A DNA stretch of 63,984 nucleotides, the filler included, from Catajapyx aquilonaris (lineage: Eukaryota): NCBI GenBank assembly GCA_000934665.2. It is 3 parts of 3 records of this genome, joined end to end, with 100 filler letters (N's around TTAATTAATTAA, not from the genome) between each part and the next. Parts side by side here need not be neighbours in the genome. Positions count along the whole stretch, not along the records: positions 21,472 to 42,879 come from KZ539470.1; positions 42,980 to 63,984 come from JYFJ02006152.1; 1 more part is not named here. One strand, given 5' to 3'. Positions 36,801-46,935 of the stretch are shown here, in pieces (within the stretch, counting starts at the first letter, position 1; every line of letters begins with the position of its first letter). Position numbers and translations under genes: made by a program. Below the pieces are notes generated by a model, which was not told where the DNA came from, made no database searches, and saw only the letters and a program-made list of their open reading frames with translations.

Positions 36801-39800
36801 TCTTTAAGTGCCTGTACCTATACACCCATAAGGAAGTGCGCTTTTCACTATGCAGTTCAGTTTTAAAATCTAGAATACCAGGGTACCACTCTAGCGGGTA
36901 AGAAGGGAAGGAGCAAGCCCCATGCCTGGAGTGGTGGCGTTCAAAAATAATTTTATTTATCTTTAATTGTCTTCTGAGAGGAATTGCTACCACTAATTCC
37001 ATACATGAATTTTAAAAACATTATTTTGAGGATAGAGCACTATGTTAGTGATCCATTAAGTGATATTTAAATTTTCAGCTTTCATCCGTTCTGCTTTTGT
37101 AGCACCAATTGGGTCCTAATGTTCTCATTGGTTGTTTGTCGCAATTTTTGTCGATATTTTAAAACTAAAATTTTTTTCTCGTTTCTTATTGGGAAAATGT
37201 TCAGAAAATGCAATAGGAACTGACACTGCGTTAAAAAATTCTTCTCAGGTCTCAGGAGGATATGTTGAAAAGCCACAACTCTATGGGACTTCAAAGTCCA
37301 ACTGTCACATTTCTGAAGTTTTTTGACCAATTTATTATTTCTTGACAAAATTGAGTATCAGTGTTTCTCAAAATTCAGTCCATTGCCCATGGGTGAGCCG
37401 TCAGGAGTCTCCCAAGCCAAGGGGCAGGTAACTAATAGAAATCTATAGCTCTTGTTTGGTGTAATATCAGATAATGGCATTTTAAGTATATGAACAAGAA
37501 GCCTCTTGCCTTCCACAGCAGTTTGTAAAAGTCTGAGAAACATCGCAGTTCACTATGGGACTGATTTCAAATTGCTAACTCTCCCCAGGTCTACGTCTAT
37601 TTCTTAGTTACCATCAAAAAGGAACACCTTCATTGTGACACTGACCTTGATCTTCACCTGTCCAGCTTCCTCAAGTTCCCTGATCTTGCAGCCACCTCTG
37701 CCAATAAGTTTGCCAACATCCTTTGTAGCAATAGGAAAATTGAGGCTGTTCGTGGATGATGATGAGAATCCACAGGATCCATCCTGTGCTCTACCTGGGA
37801 AGCCCTGATCCTGGGAGGAGCCATTGCTGCCATCCCGCCAGCCACCTCCTCCCCCACGACCATACTGTTGGCTGTACAGCAAGTCTTCAATCAGTTGCTT
37901 GGACAAGGTACAAGCTTCTTTTGTGCCAAACATCTCGATGACATTGTCGCCCTTATTGATCTGAAAAGTAGCAACGGCAGAATTTTAATGGCGAAGGCAG
38001 AAGCACCCCTTTCAAAAGCAAAGTGTCACAAATGCATATCTGTTGAAAAACAAAATTCTTTCATCAGGCAGTCCATAATTGAGTCAATGCAGCCAAAAAT
38101 AAAGTAAATATATGCTAATGCCTCTCGTCATAACTAATAATATTTACATCATTTGCTTTGAAAATCATTGATACTCCCATGTTGGGGACTTCACATCCTT
38201 AAAACTATTACAAGCCAAGTTAAGATGCACCAACCTTAATCCTGGCTCCACTGTTATCCTGAAGCTCCCGGATCTTGGTACCCCCTTTCCCGATGATCTT
38301 GCTGACATCTCTCTCTGCTACTTCCATGGTCAAATGGCTGCTACCTTCCTCCCTTCCCAACCCACCCCCTCCTCTAAATCCACCTCCCTCTTCACCCCAG
38401 CCACCCCCCTCTTGTGATTCTGGAGCACAGTCTCCTCCAAAGTGGATGCCTCCCCTCAGGAAGCTATTCATAAGGCGCTCGGCCTCATGCCGGCACCAAC
38501 GGGAACCGCAAATCTCACCAGTTCCATCATCTTTAACCTTTTTCGAAAGAACTTGTATTAGCCTTGGTCACACTGGGGAAAATGTTCCCCCACTGGCATA
38601 TTCCCCCTTCTACATCCACAACTTCCAGTGCAGTTGACAGCAAAACATCATAGTAGTTTTACCTGCATTGCCATCATGTACAGTAATTCACTTGCTTGTC
38701 ATCACTGTTGCCAAATGCCTAATTTTTTGTGTCAACTGTGTTTTGGTTATAACAACCACACAGAACTTTCAAAAGGGACATTTTCAGGTCTAGCTAAAGA
38801 GATGGCTGTGATAAATGTCCCACATTGTAAAAGTGAACCTTTTTCAGGCAGCACTCATGTGACTCAATATTTGGTCTTGAAAACAAGTAATTCACAGCAA
38901 AATCTCAAAAGTTTTGAAAGATACTACACGCAATAATGATCCAGCAGCTTACCTAGTCTGACAGAAAGTGGATCCACTTTCAATTGACACTGACAAGGGA
39001 AGGCTGTGAAGTTAGCACTAACGGATTTGGACAAAAATCGATCAGTGGGCAAGTCACATGCGTAGAATAGAATTCACTGGTGAACTTAAAAACATTCACT
39101 GTGCAACCATTTTCGAGATATGAGTGATGTCAGATCAGGCACACTCAATAGTGGATCCGCTAGCTCCCTTTTGAGATTTATTATCATCATCAAAAAAAGT
39201 CTTATAGAACGGCTGTCTGCCCGTCTGGCGAACGGTTTTCGGATTCTGATTAAACGTGACCTATATAAGTGTCATGGCCAACTTCCAATGACCTGCCACT
39301 TCCGCTTTTCTGGGTTCACTCTATCCCCGCAAGTCTACTTCAGAGTTTGAGACCAATGCCCCAGTCCCGTGACGGATAATAGGGGTTCTACTGTAATCTT
39401 TTGTTACAACAATTTGTAAACTTGAATGAGACTACTTCATCGTCAATGTTACTTTCTTTGGGGGGAAATTACCCATAAAGGGCAAGAACTCTGCATTCAG
39501 GGCATGGAGAGCGTCTGGGGAATAAGCCACTGAAGCATTTCAAGCTATCGGGACTACTGACAAACTGTCTGCAAATACCCTTCATGCACTAGAACATTTT
39601 ACTGTGATTATGTACGGTGGAAAGTGCAAGCACACAAGCGTGGACATGCTCAAGAGGGATATGTTCGTCGGGGAGAACAAACCCCTCTACCTGATGCCGC
39701 CAACTTCAGATGCACTCCATCAGCATTTGCTACGAGCAGCATACCAGGCTGGTCAGGTGTGGGGCAGGTCTCTTCATCTTTCATGGAGATCCTCCTCTGG

Positions 39801-41632
39801 ATCCCTCGTCATCGGGGTGGACCTTACAATCAAGTGGATGGGAGCCCATATGGACCACCCTCCCAAGCATTTGGGAGTCATGCAGAGCACTAGATCTGTG
39901 CAAATGCAGGACAGCCTGCCAAACCCTTCGGTGCTCCTGCCATGCAGCTCAGCTGCTTTGCACACCTGGCTGCAAGAACTGCAAGGGTGAATGTTCAAAC
40001 AAAAGGTATGAACGTACGTTTATCTATTGACACATGGCAATAAAAACTGCGGATTAAATAATTGTTCCAGGACTCATGAAAAGGAAAATCAAGACTTCTC
40101 TAGGGGACACATGAATATAAAGCTTGGGTGGGTGTGGGTGTTTGTGTTTATTATAAGGTGAATTAAATTATATTTAAGGAGATTAAATTCCTTCAAACAA
40201 CTTTTGCTGATGTCACATTTAGCCTCAAAAATGCCGAGAGTAGTCGGAAATAAATGCCATACCCAAGAAGTTTTTATTTCGAGGCAGCACAGACCTCTCC
40301 CAATTTGCAGTAGGCCTAAGTTTTTTAAATGCTGTCGATGGAGCCGTAATGGTAGATTGGATCCATTTCACGATGGTTGATTTAGTTTCAGAAGCACATA
40401 ATTTCACCTAAACGACACCTTACACGACTAAGTAAGATTATTTTCAAATTTTCCCGCCATTTTGGAAAATCGGTCGCCATCTTGGATCTAAGGGTTAAAA
40501 AAGATGGCGCTACGGGGGAAATCGGTCCTTGGTGTGTAGACAATATTCCTACAAAGTGGCTTGCCGTTATAGTAATTTGCCGCTTTTTTTACAGAATTTT
40601 TTACGTTTTTTGAAAACCGGCCGCCATCTTGGGTCCTAAGGGACGAAAAAGATGGCGCCACGGGCAAAATCGCTTATTTTGGTCTAAGCTACAATCCTGC
40701 AAAGCGGCTTGCTTTTATCATGATTTGCCGCTTTTTTTTGGCGTACCTCCTGCACTACTCCTGTCTTTTTCTATTCAAGTTCTTAACCTGATTTTATTTT
40801 TGGCTACACATACTGCAATTCAATGTCCTACAATGAGTTTATTTGACTTCCTATCCATTAAAGCTCTTTAGCCAGTATACACTCATGATAGTACAATGTC
40901 AATATATTGCAACAAATAGTTTTAAAAGTAGATAAATCACTGGTCATCTAATAGTCTGATCAACTGGTCATCGAAGCATCTGAAGATCTGGTCATCAAGG
41001 TCATCTGATTTTGATTATTAAACATCAAAATGTCAACCTCCAATCTCCAACCACAAATAATAATCAAATAATTTGTAGTCCATCCAACATCACAGTCTTC
41101 TTGTCAATGTCCTGTGGCACATGCTTTAGTCCGAAAACCATTTGCCAGTATCTGTTGCGGTTGAGGCCCTGATACCTGTCCACAGACGGACAGGCAGACA
41201 GAGCCGTTCTATAAGACTTTTTTTTCGATGATGATGAAAAATCTAAAAAGGGAGCAAGCGGATGCAGTATTGACCGCGCCGGATCTGACGTCACTCATAT
41301 CTCGAAAATGGCTGCACAGTGAGATTTTTGTCCAAATCCATTAGTGCCAACTTCATGGCCTTCCCTTGTGAGTGGGAATTACCTTGGTTCAGACATAAAA
41401 CTCACCTGTGATTTTACTCACATTAAAAATAACCACCACCCTCCAAAATCCCTACCCAAATCTTTGTCCCGCTCTCTTGTTCAAACTCCCTCTTCCTACT
41501 CCCCTTCCGTCCAATTATGTGCCGGATATCTTGCTTAGCCACCTGGAAGGTGGTCTTCTTCTTGGTTGAGCCTCCGAAGCCACCACAACCTCCACCACCA
41601 GGATTTGAACTGCCAGTCATAATAGCATCCAT
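24899..41632 (-). CDS. Gly-rich triple-KH-domain RNA-binding protein (about 309 aa), DDX43-like N-terminal region without helicase; possibly a decaying paralog
   Basis: Exons 41632(ATG; acceptor at 41670)-41456, 38537-38235, 37960-37646 and 25033-24899, all phase-0 GT-AG. GXXG loops: IIGRKGSR, IIGKGGTKIRELQDNSGARIK, LIGRGGCKIRELEEAGQVKIK. Each KH is completed by the next exon (GEICGSRWCRHEAERLM; VIEMFGTKEACTLSKQLIE; NLKLIGTPDDIEFTKYKI). Confidence 0.75.
25245..25940. repeat. Dispersed repeat family C (terminus CTGACAAGGGAAG), interrupted by a SINE
   Basis: Homologous to 35530-36303 and 43990-44334 (shared ttggaaagtgtccc...gagttcgagaggtca and gggtcac..ggtcattttgagcaggtc blocks). Confidence 0.75.
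25500..25834 (-). mobile_element. tRNA-derived SINE family S1, copy 1
   Basis: Head GGGGAGGCGGAGTGGTGCTGCGG...GGTTCGATCCC (A/B boxes) and a (TAT)n tail. Nearly identical to 35909-36239. Confidence 0.85.
27394..27833. mobile_element. Tc1/mariner-type foldback MITE nested in the Academ-like element
   Basis: TA-CAGGGTGTATCAGAACTCTACCGTAAGCG...CGCTTACGGTAGAGTTCTGATACACCCTG-TA with inverted arms of about 120 bp. Confidence 0.88.
29558..30304. mobile_element. GGGGAGA-terminal (pogo-like) MITE splitting the right Academ-like arm
   Basis: TA-GGGGAGAGGGCTGTACC...GGTACAGCCCTCTCCCC-TA. Removing it restores cagcagTAcggtttg, matching the left arm. Confidence 0.88.
30520..33171 (+). pseudogene. LINE ORF2 (endonuclease end plus reverse transcriptase), fragmented
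   Basis: Successive ORFs 30556, 30913, 31245, 31570, 32295 and 32968 in shifting frames. The catalytic YADD reads YADN. Confidence 0.88.
34498..34886. mobile_element. pogo/Tigger-like MITE family B, copy 1
   Basis: TA-CAGTGGAGCATCGATTATCCGAAC...GTTCGGATAATCGATGCTCCACTG-TA. Confidence 0.9.
35530..36303. repeat. Dispersed repeat family C, copy 2 (hosts a SINE)
   Basis: Homologous to 25245-25940 and 43990-44334. Ends CTTCCCTTGTGAG. Confidence 0.75.
35909..36239 (+). mobile_element. tRNA-derived SINE family S1, copy 2
   Basis: 16-bp TSD CTATATTATTGTGCCA (35893-35908 and 36240-36255), A/B-box head and A-rich tail. Confidence 0.9.
38990..41372. mobile_element. Composite TIR element in KH-gene intron 1
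   Basis: About 50-bp imperfect TIR: CTGACAAGGGAAGGCTGTGAAGTTAGCACTAACGGATTTGGACAAAAATC...GATTTTTGTCCAAATCCATTAGTGCCAACTTCATGGCCTTCCCTTGTGAG. The terminus resembles family C. No clear TSD. Confidence 0.6.
39430..40757 (+). mobile_element. Second Academ(XPG-type)-like remnant (3' part and terminus)
   Basis: Frameshifted MPPTSDALHQHLLRAAYQAGQVWG...GWEPIWTTLP...CKCRTAC..RCSC...CKNCKGEC. Subterminal aagatggcg repeats. Ends ...GGCGTACCTCCTGCACTA (5'-TAG terminus). Confidence 0.7.
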
Positions 41633-42293
41633 AGCAGAATCCTGGCTATGGGCCTGGATCTCTAGATAACCTGGGACAACGGTAAAAGTGTGAAAATATT
41701 GATTTTCTAGTACCAGCTTTTATCACATCAATGGCCAAGTGTTCTAGTATTGTGACTTATTTTTTATCTAGGAGAACTAACAAGGTCAAAAATCTAACCT
41801 ACACCTACTGCAAAATTAACAAGTCACATAAACATACATGAGCTTTATAATATGCAAGTCACGTGTGAAATATTGGCAGTGATGCTTTACCAAAGATTTG
41901 CCTCATGTATAGAATGATCCTCTAAGTCTAATTGTATTTGTGCGCAAGTCACACATTAGCAATTTACCATGCTTTTCAAACAGGATGCAAACAAGATCAA
42001 GAAACAAAAGCTATTTCCACTGCTATAAATCTAAAGTTACATTTGGACACCCCAGAGATTACATCTTAGACATGTCCACTAATAATATATGTGTTCCTTT
42101 AACCCCGGAACCGTGCCGTGGGGTCTTTTCGGACCCCAAAGGAATTAACATGCATTAAAATTACAATTACAATGAACTGTTTGCCATTTTAAAAAAGTAT
42201 ATAGCAGGAAGTGCATGTTTATTTTGAATTAGCGATCATTTTAGGCATTGTTCAAAGAATGATTGCATATAGTCAATACATTGAAAAGTATTA

Positions 42294-42539
42294 CAGTGCA
42301 GCATCGATTATCCGAACAGAGTCTGCCCAGGGGATGTTCGGATAACTAATTGTTCGGATTACTGATCATTTACGGGGAAAAATTGTACCGGTGTCATAGG
42401 AGCAATATGAAACTAAGAAACAGTGATATTAACCACAAAACGGTATATTTTCTGTCACAGGCACGTCTTTAAAATATTGTACATATACACCTTACTGTCC
42501 TTACAAGAAGTAGTCCTACAGTTTAGGGGGGGGGGGGGG
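42294..42539. mobile_element. MITE family B, copy 2 (cut by a gap)
   Basis: CAGTGCAGCATCGATTATCCGAACAGAGTCTGCC..., colinear with 34498 and 63117 up to the poly-G/N-run. Confidence 0.85.
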
Positions 42540-43469
42540 NNNNNNNNNNNNNNNNNNNNNNNNNNNNNNNNNNNTTAAGGTGGAAATGAAGCTAGAGTCA
42601 CTCAATGAGAATTTTATGAAAAAAACATATGTTACGCAGTTTTGTGTCCTCTTATCAATGGCGCAAAGAAAAATACACGTCACCGTGCAAATTAGCGAAC
42701 TAGAGGGCTCAGAAGTTCGCGATTTAACATGGGCCCTTATGGCAGAATTTTCAATAGTCCCCAAAAAAATGATAAGCAAATTAGAATTTTAAAATTTAAT
42801 GTGGAATATGTCGGGAATTATATACTGATCGTAACCGCAAAAAGAAAAACCTACCTCACCGTGCTCTTTCAATTTGTATNNNNNNNNNNNNNNNNNNNNN
42901 NNNNNNNNNNNNNNNNNNNNNNNTTAATTAATTAANNNNNNNNNNNNNNNNNNNNNNNNNNNNNNNNNNNNNNNNNNNNGTATGAATTATTATTATTATA
43001 TTATTATTATTAGAATAGGGGGCCAATGTCCCAAAGTCCTTTCCGCCTCCTGCGGCCAAGGATGACCTCGGAGGTCAAGTCCAATGTGCTAAAAACCTTC
43101 CCAGTAAAATACTACCCTTAATGATACCCCTGGGGCATATGTCGGGGCCTCCGTATGGATTTTCGTAGCTGATCCCAGGAAAGACAGACAGAAAGACAGA
43201 GACATACGTCGAGAAATATGTATTAGATTCGCAAATTCACAACATAATTTTAAACATGGCAAAACTGACAGCCACACACTTATTATTTGTCATACACAAT
43301 ATTATTTTGTCCATAGAGGTGCCCCCAGAAATATCGCTTGGATCTTCATCGGCCATCTTTAACAGCTGGTATGGGACTTACACCAGGATTAGATATACCC
43401 GGTGCTAGAGCCATAGGCTCTCTTAGGGAAGTGGATTACCACTATCGTGCAGGGACAGGGTAGGGATAG

Positions 43470-43785
43470 GAGGGGGGGACACTGGTGCATGTGAAATGTC
43501 ATCAAGTTGGGGGTCGTATGCAGTCCCTCAGGGGGCCCGTTCGCCAAGATGATCCCCTAGATGCGAGTCAGAATATCCCCACTGACCCGCACCTCCTCCA
43601 GGGCAGGGAAAGGAAGGAAGCGGCTGTGGCCTATTTTGCGGTACGATCCCAGGAATTTTTCCTGGAGCGACCTTGGGAAACCACAGAAAACCAAGGTCAG
43701 GATCGCCGGCCTCCGGGATTCGAACCCAGGACCTCCCGATTAACAGTCAGACACCATATGGTTCCATAGCCACTCCACCACTACT
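43470..43785 (-). mobile_element. tRNA-derived SINE S2 (tRNA-Asn-like head)
   Basis: Minus-strand head ...GGTGTCTGACTGTTAATCGGGAGGTCCTGGGTTCGAATCCC followed by a non-tRNA body. Confidence 0.6.
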
Positions 43786-43989
43786 GCTTTGGTACTTACA
43801 CCAGGATTGCTCTAAGGGGTAGGCAACTCTACTGGAGCATTAATGACATTATGTCATTTACTGCCCAAATATCCAACTTAGGACTTATACCATTTTTTTT
43901 TACCAACTTGGAGTAGTTCTCTGAACGCAATGGCAGTCCTATCTCGAAAATTGCATTTTTGGACTTGGGCCACTCTTGTTCTAAGCGCC

Positions 43990-44334
43990 TCAGTTATGAC
44001 CTCTCGAACTCACAAGGGACACTTTCCAAGGTCTCACCCATTTTCTTGAAATTCGGTACATTGGCAGCCCACCCCAAGGGATGAAAAACTCACCTAAAGT
44101 GACCTGCTCAAAATGACCCAGTGACCCCTTTTTGGGGGCTACCAATGCACCGTATTTCAAGAAAATGGGTGAGACCTTGGAAAGTGTCCCTGGTGAGTTC
44201 GAGAGGTCATAACTTTTGACCTTGTATGGTTCTGCATAAATTGTTTGCATTTTCTTTAATAACTTACCTGCCTATATTATTGTGCCACGTTCCATTCAGC
44301 AACTCCATTTACATCACTTACACTTCCCTTGTCA
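43990..44334. repeat. Dispersed repeat family C, copy 3 (internal hairpin)
   Basis: Contains the self-complementary block gacctctcgaactc...gagttcgagaggtc. Ends CTTCCCTTGTCAG. Confidence 0.75.
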
Positions 44335-44637
44335 GTTGGGAAAGCATGGACCAGCATGGACCATCCCCCCAATAGTCCTGATCTTGCACCCAAAGACTTC
44401 CACTTCTTCCAAGCTTTGATGAAGTCACTGTCTGGACACCATTACACCAATGATGACGTGGAATACACCGTTTTATGCAAGCAGCTTTTCCAACCTAGTG
44501 AAGTGATAAGAGTCTCAGTATTGGCGGAAACTCTGTGGAAAAGTAGAAGTATGCTTTCTACTGCTAATCTATTTGATTTCCCAAACAAAAATTACTGTGC
44601 ATTAAAAAACGGAACGTCTTTTCAAAACAACCCTTGT
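44335..44637 (+). mobile_element. mariner transposase 3' fragment with right end
   Basis: HPPNSPDLAPKDFHFF (YSPDLAP-type motif). Ends ttttcaaaacaacccttgta. Confidence 0.75.
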
Positions 44638-45139
44638 ATATACATCTAATGGAATGATGCAATCATAGTAAAACTGGGAGGTTTGTAGCCTTCAAGAGTG
44701 GTGCTCCTACAATGTATTATTGAGTAAAAGTGCAGTGTGTTAAGTCCATGATGTCCACCTTAGGTTCAGAATACATTGACTGAGCCAATGGACCTGCAAT
44801 GCTTCAATCACACTACTGTCACAGGGTAGTGATTAGCTGTATGGGGATCAAATGTTGTTCTTTCTTTCCTAGCCTTCTCAAAGTACCTCTTCAACCTCCA
44901 TTCCAGAAAGCTCTTTGACAACCGAAATTGTAGGGATTTCATGGTAACACGTGAATCTGTCAGGTGGCTCATCCCAGCCAAAATATTTTGTTTTATAAGA
45001 TATGGACATACCAGATAAAAGTCACTCATTTTGATTTTCCAACAACAATAATTCAGTTGGAAAGCACTGTCCTAACGAGTTTCGTGGTGATTTTACGTTG
45101 CAGAAAAAGAACTTCACAAGGTGAATCTTGTATGAGCGC

Positions 45140-45145
45140 TTTATT
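45140..45145 (-). promoter_or_regulatory. Candidate ALiX polyadenylation signal
   Basis: AATAAA on the minus strand about 365 nt after the ALiX stop codon. Confidence 0.4.
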
Positions 45146-45507
45146 ACCAAATCAATGACAGCTGAGTAACATTATAATTCTAACACTAAACTATATTGAT
45201 ATTGCAATTGTGCATAAATGTTAATAATTTTCCTCACAATTAGAAAGAAAGCATATATTTGTATATGGTCATAGAATATAATGGCATGATAACAATCACC
45301 AAAATCCTTCACATTGATGACCACTCGCATTGAAACAGCAGATGGTAACAGTACATGTTTCAACAAACTTGTAACCCAACAATACCATTGTTATGCTCCT
45401 AATACATAGTGGAACACAAGCTTGATTAACATACTTGAAACCTTGATTGCTTAAAAAATACTTTTGGTCACATTAAGGCTTGCAAGAAATGCGAATGCTA
45501 ATCAGCA

Positions 45508-46882
45508 TTACATCCATCGAGGTGGCTGTTGCTGTGATGGCTGCTGTTGGGGAGGTTGCTGTGGCGGGTAAGCTGGATACCCAGCAGGTGGTTGCTGTGG
45601 ATATGGATAACCATATGCTGGAAGATACAGAGAGAGTTACAACAGGGTCATTTATACTAAATAACACTGTGCATACCAGGTTGTACGTATGACCCATATG
45701 GATTAAACCCCTGAGGCATTGGTGTGTACACAGGGTATGGTTGTGCTTGCTGTGCATATGGCATTGGCATCCCCTGTGGATAGACCGGATAAGGCAGACT
45801 ACTGCTCGGAGCAGTTGTAGATGATGGTGCTGCAGGTCTGGGTGCTGAGTATTCCGGTTGACTTGGGGTTGGTGGAGGGGGTCTTGGAGGTGCCTGGCGA
45901 GTAGGATCTGCAAATATGATGCAATATAAAATATTAACAGTGAGCAAATAGGAAACATTGACATACAAACATCATGTACAATATGTTGCATGTATACAGG
46001 GTTCTGAAATTTAACCTACCATCGCTTTGGGAGATGATATATGGGTTCTAGGTGATCACTTTGAGTATATGCAACATGGGCCTCCGATGCAGTTTAATAC
46101 CGAGATGATGTGCTTCAAGCACAAGGTATAAAATATCTTGGCATGTATGCGTCCCCCCATGCAACCTTACATTTTTCTTTTAAATATAAGGTGTTACCAT
46201 GTCATTTAATTTTAATTGACGATCCTGTTAGGTGTAGCAGGTAATGTCCTAGGCGATGGAAGTGTCGTAAGCAGAATACGAAACCTATCTATCAGCTGAG
46301 ATAATGCACTTTTTATTTAATGCTAAATATCTTGGTAACTATGTGTCGGAGACCCATGTCGCACATCCTCAAAGTGATCGCCTAGAACCCCTCTATCATT
46401 TCCCAAAGCAACGGCACATTAAATTTCTGAACCCTGTACAATGACTTGTAACCTCAGGAATATTTTGAACTTCATATGAGGTTGGAAAACAGGTGGTCAA
46501 GTTAAAGTGCAACATGACCCATCAACTCCATTATTATGACAATAATTATCATTGACAATACTAAGAAAATCATCAAGAACAATGACAACTATGCCAAATC
46601 ATATAGTAGTGTACTGCAGGGCGACACGGTGGCCGAGTGGTTTGCGCCGCAGCCTTCCACCTCTAAGGTCCCGAGTTCGATCCCCGGGTCGGACGGAGGA
46701 TACTTATGTGGATAGAGTTTCGATGGGTTCTCTCCGTGTTCGAGTGGGTTTTCTCGGGGTTCTCCCGTTTCCTCCCACTATCAAAATCCATCACATTACA
46801 GGCAAATGATTAAAATCGGTTATTCAAAAGATGATCCCCTAAGAGGCCCAAGGGGCCTATCACTGGGTATCCATTATTATTA

Positions 46883-46935
<53 letters not shown>

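Noticed and set aside
38275..38637. 120-aa Pro-rich plus-strand ORF
   Set aside because: Antisense of the Gly-rich KH exon.
45473..45991. 172-aa His/Gln-rich minus-strand ORF
   Set aside because: Alternative frame over the ALiX proline-rich exons and their introns.
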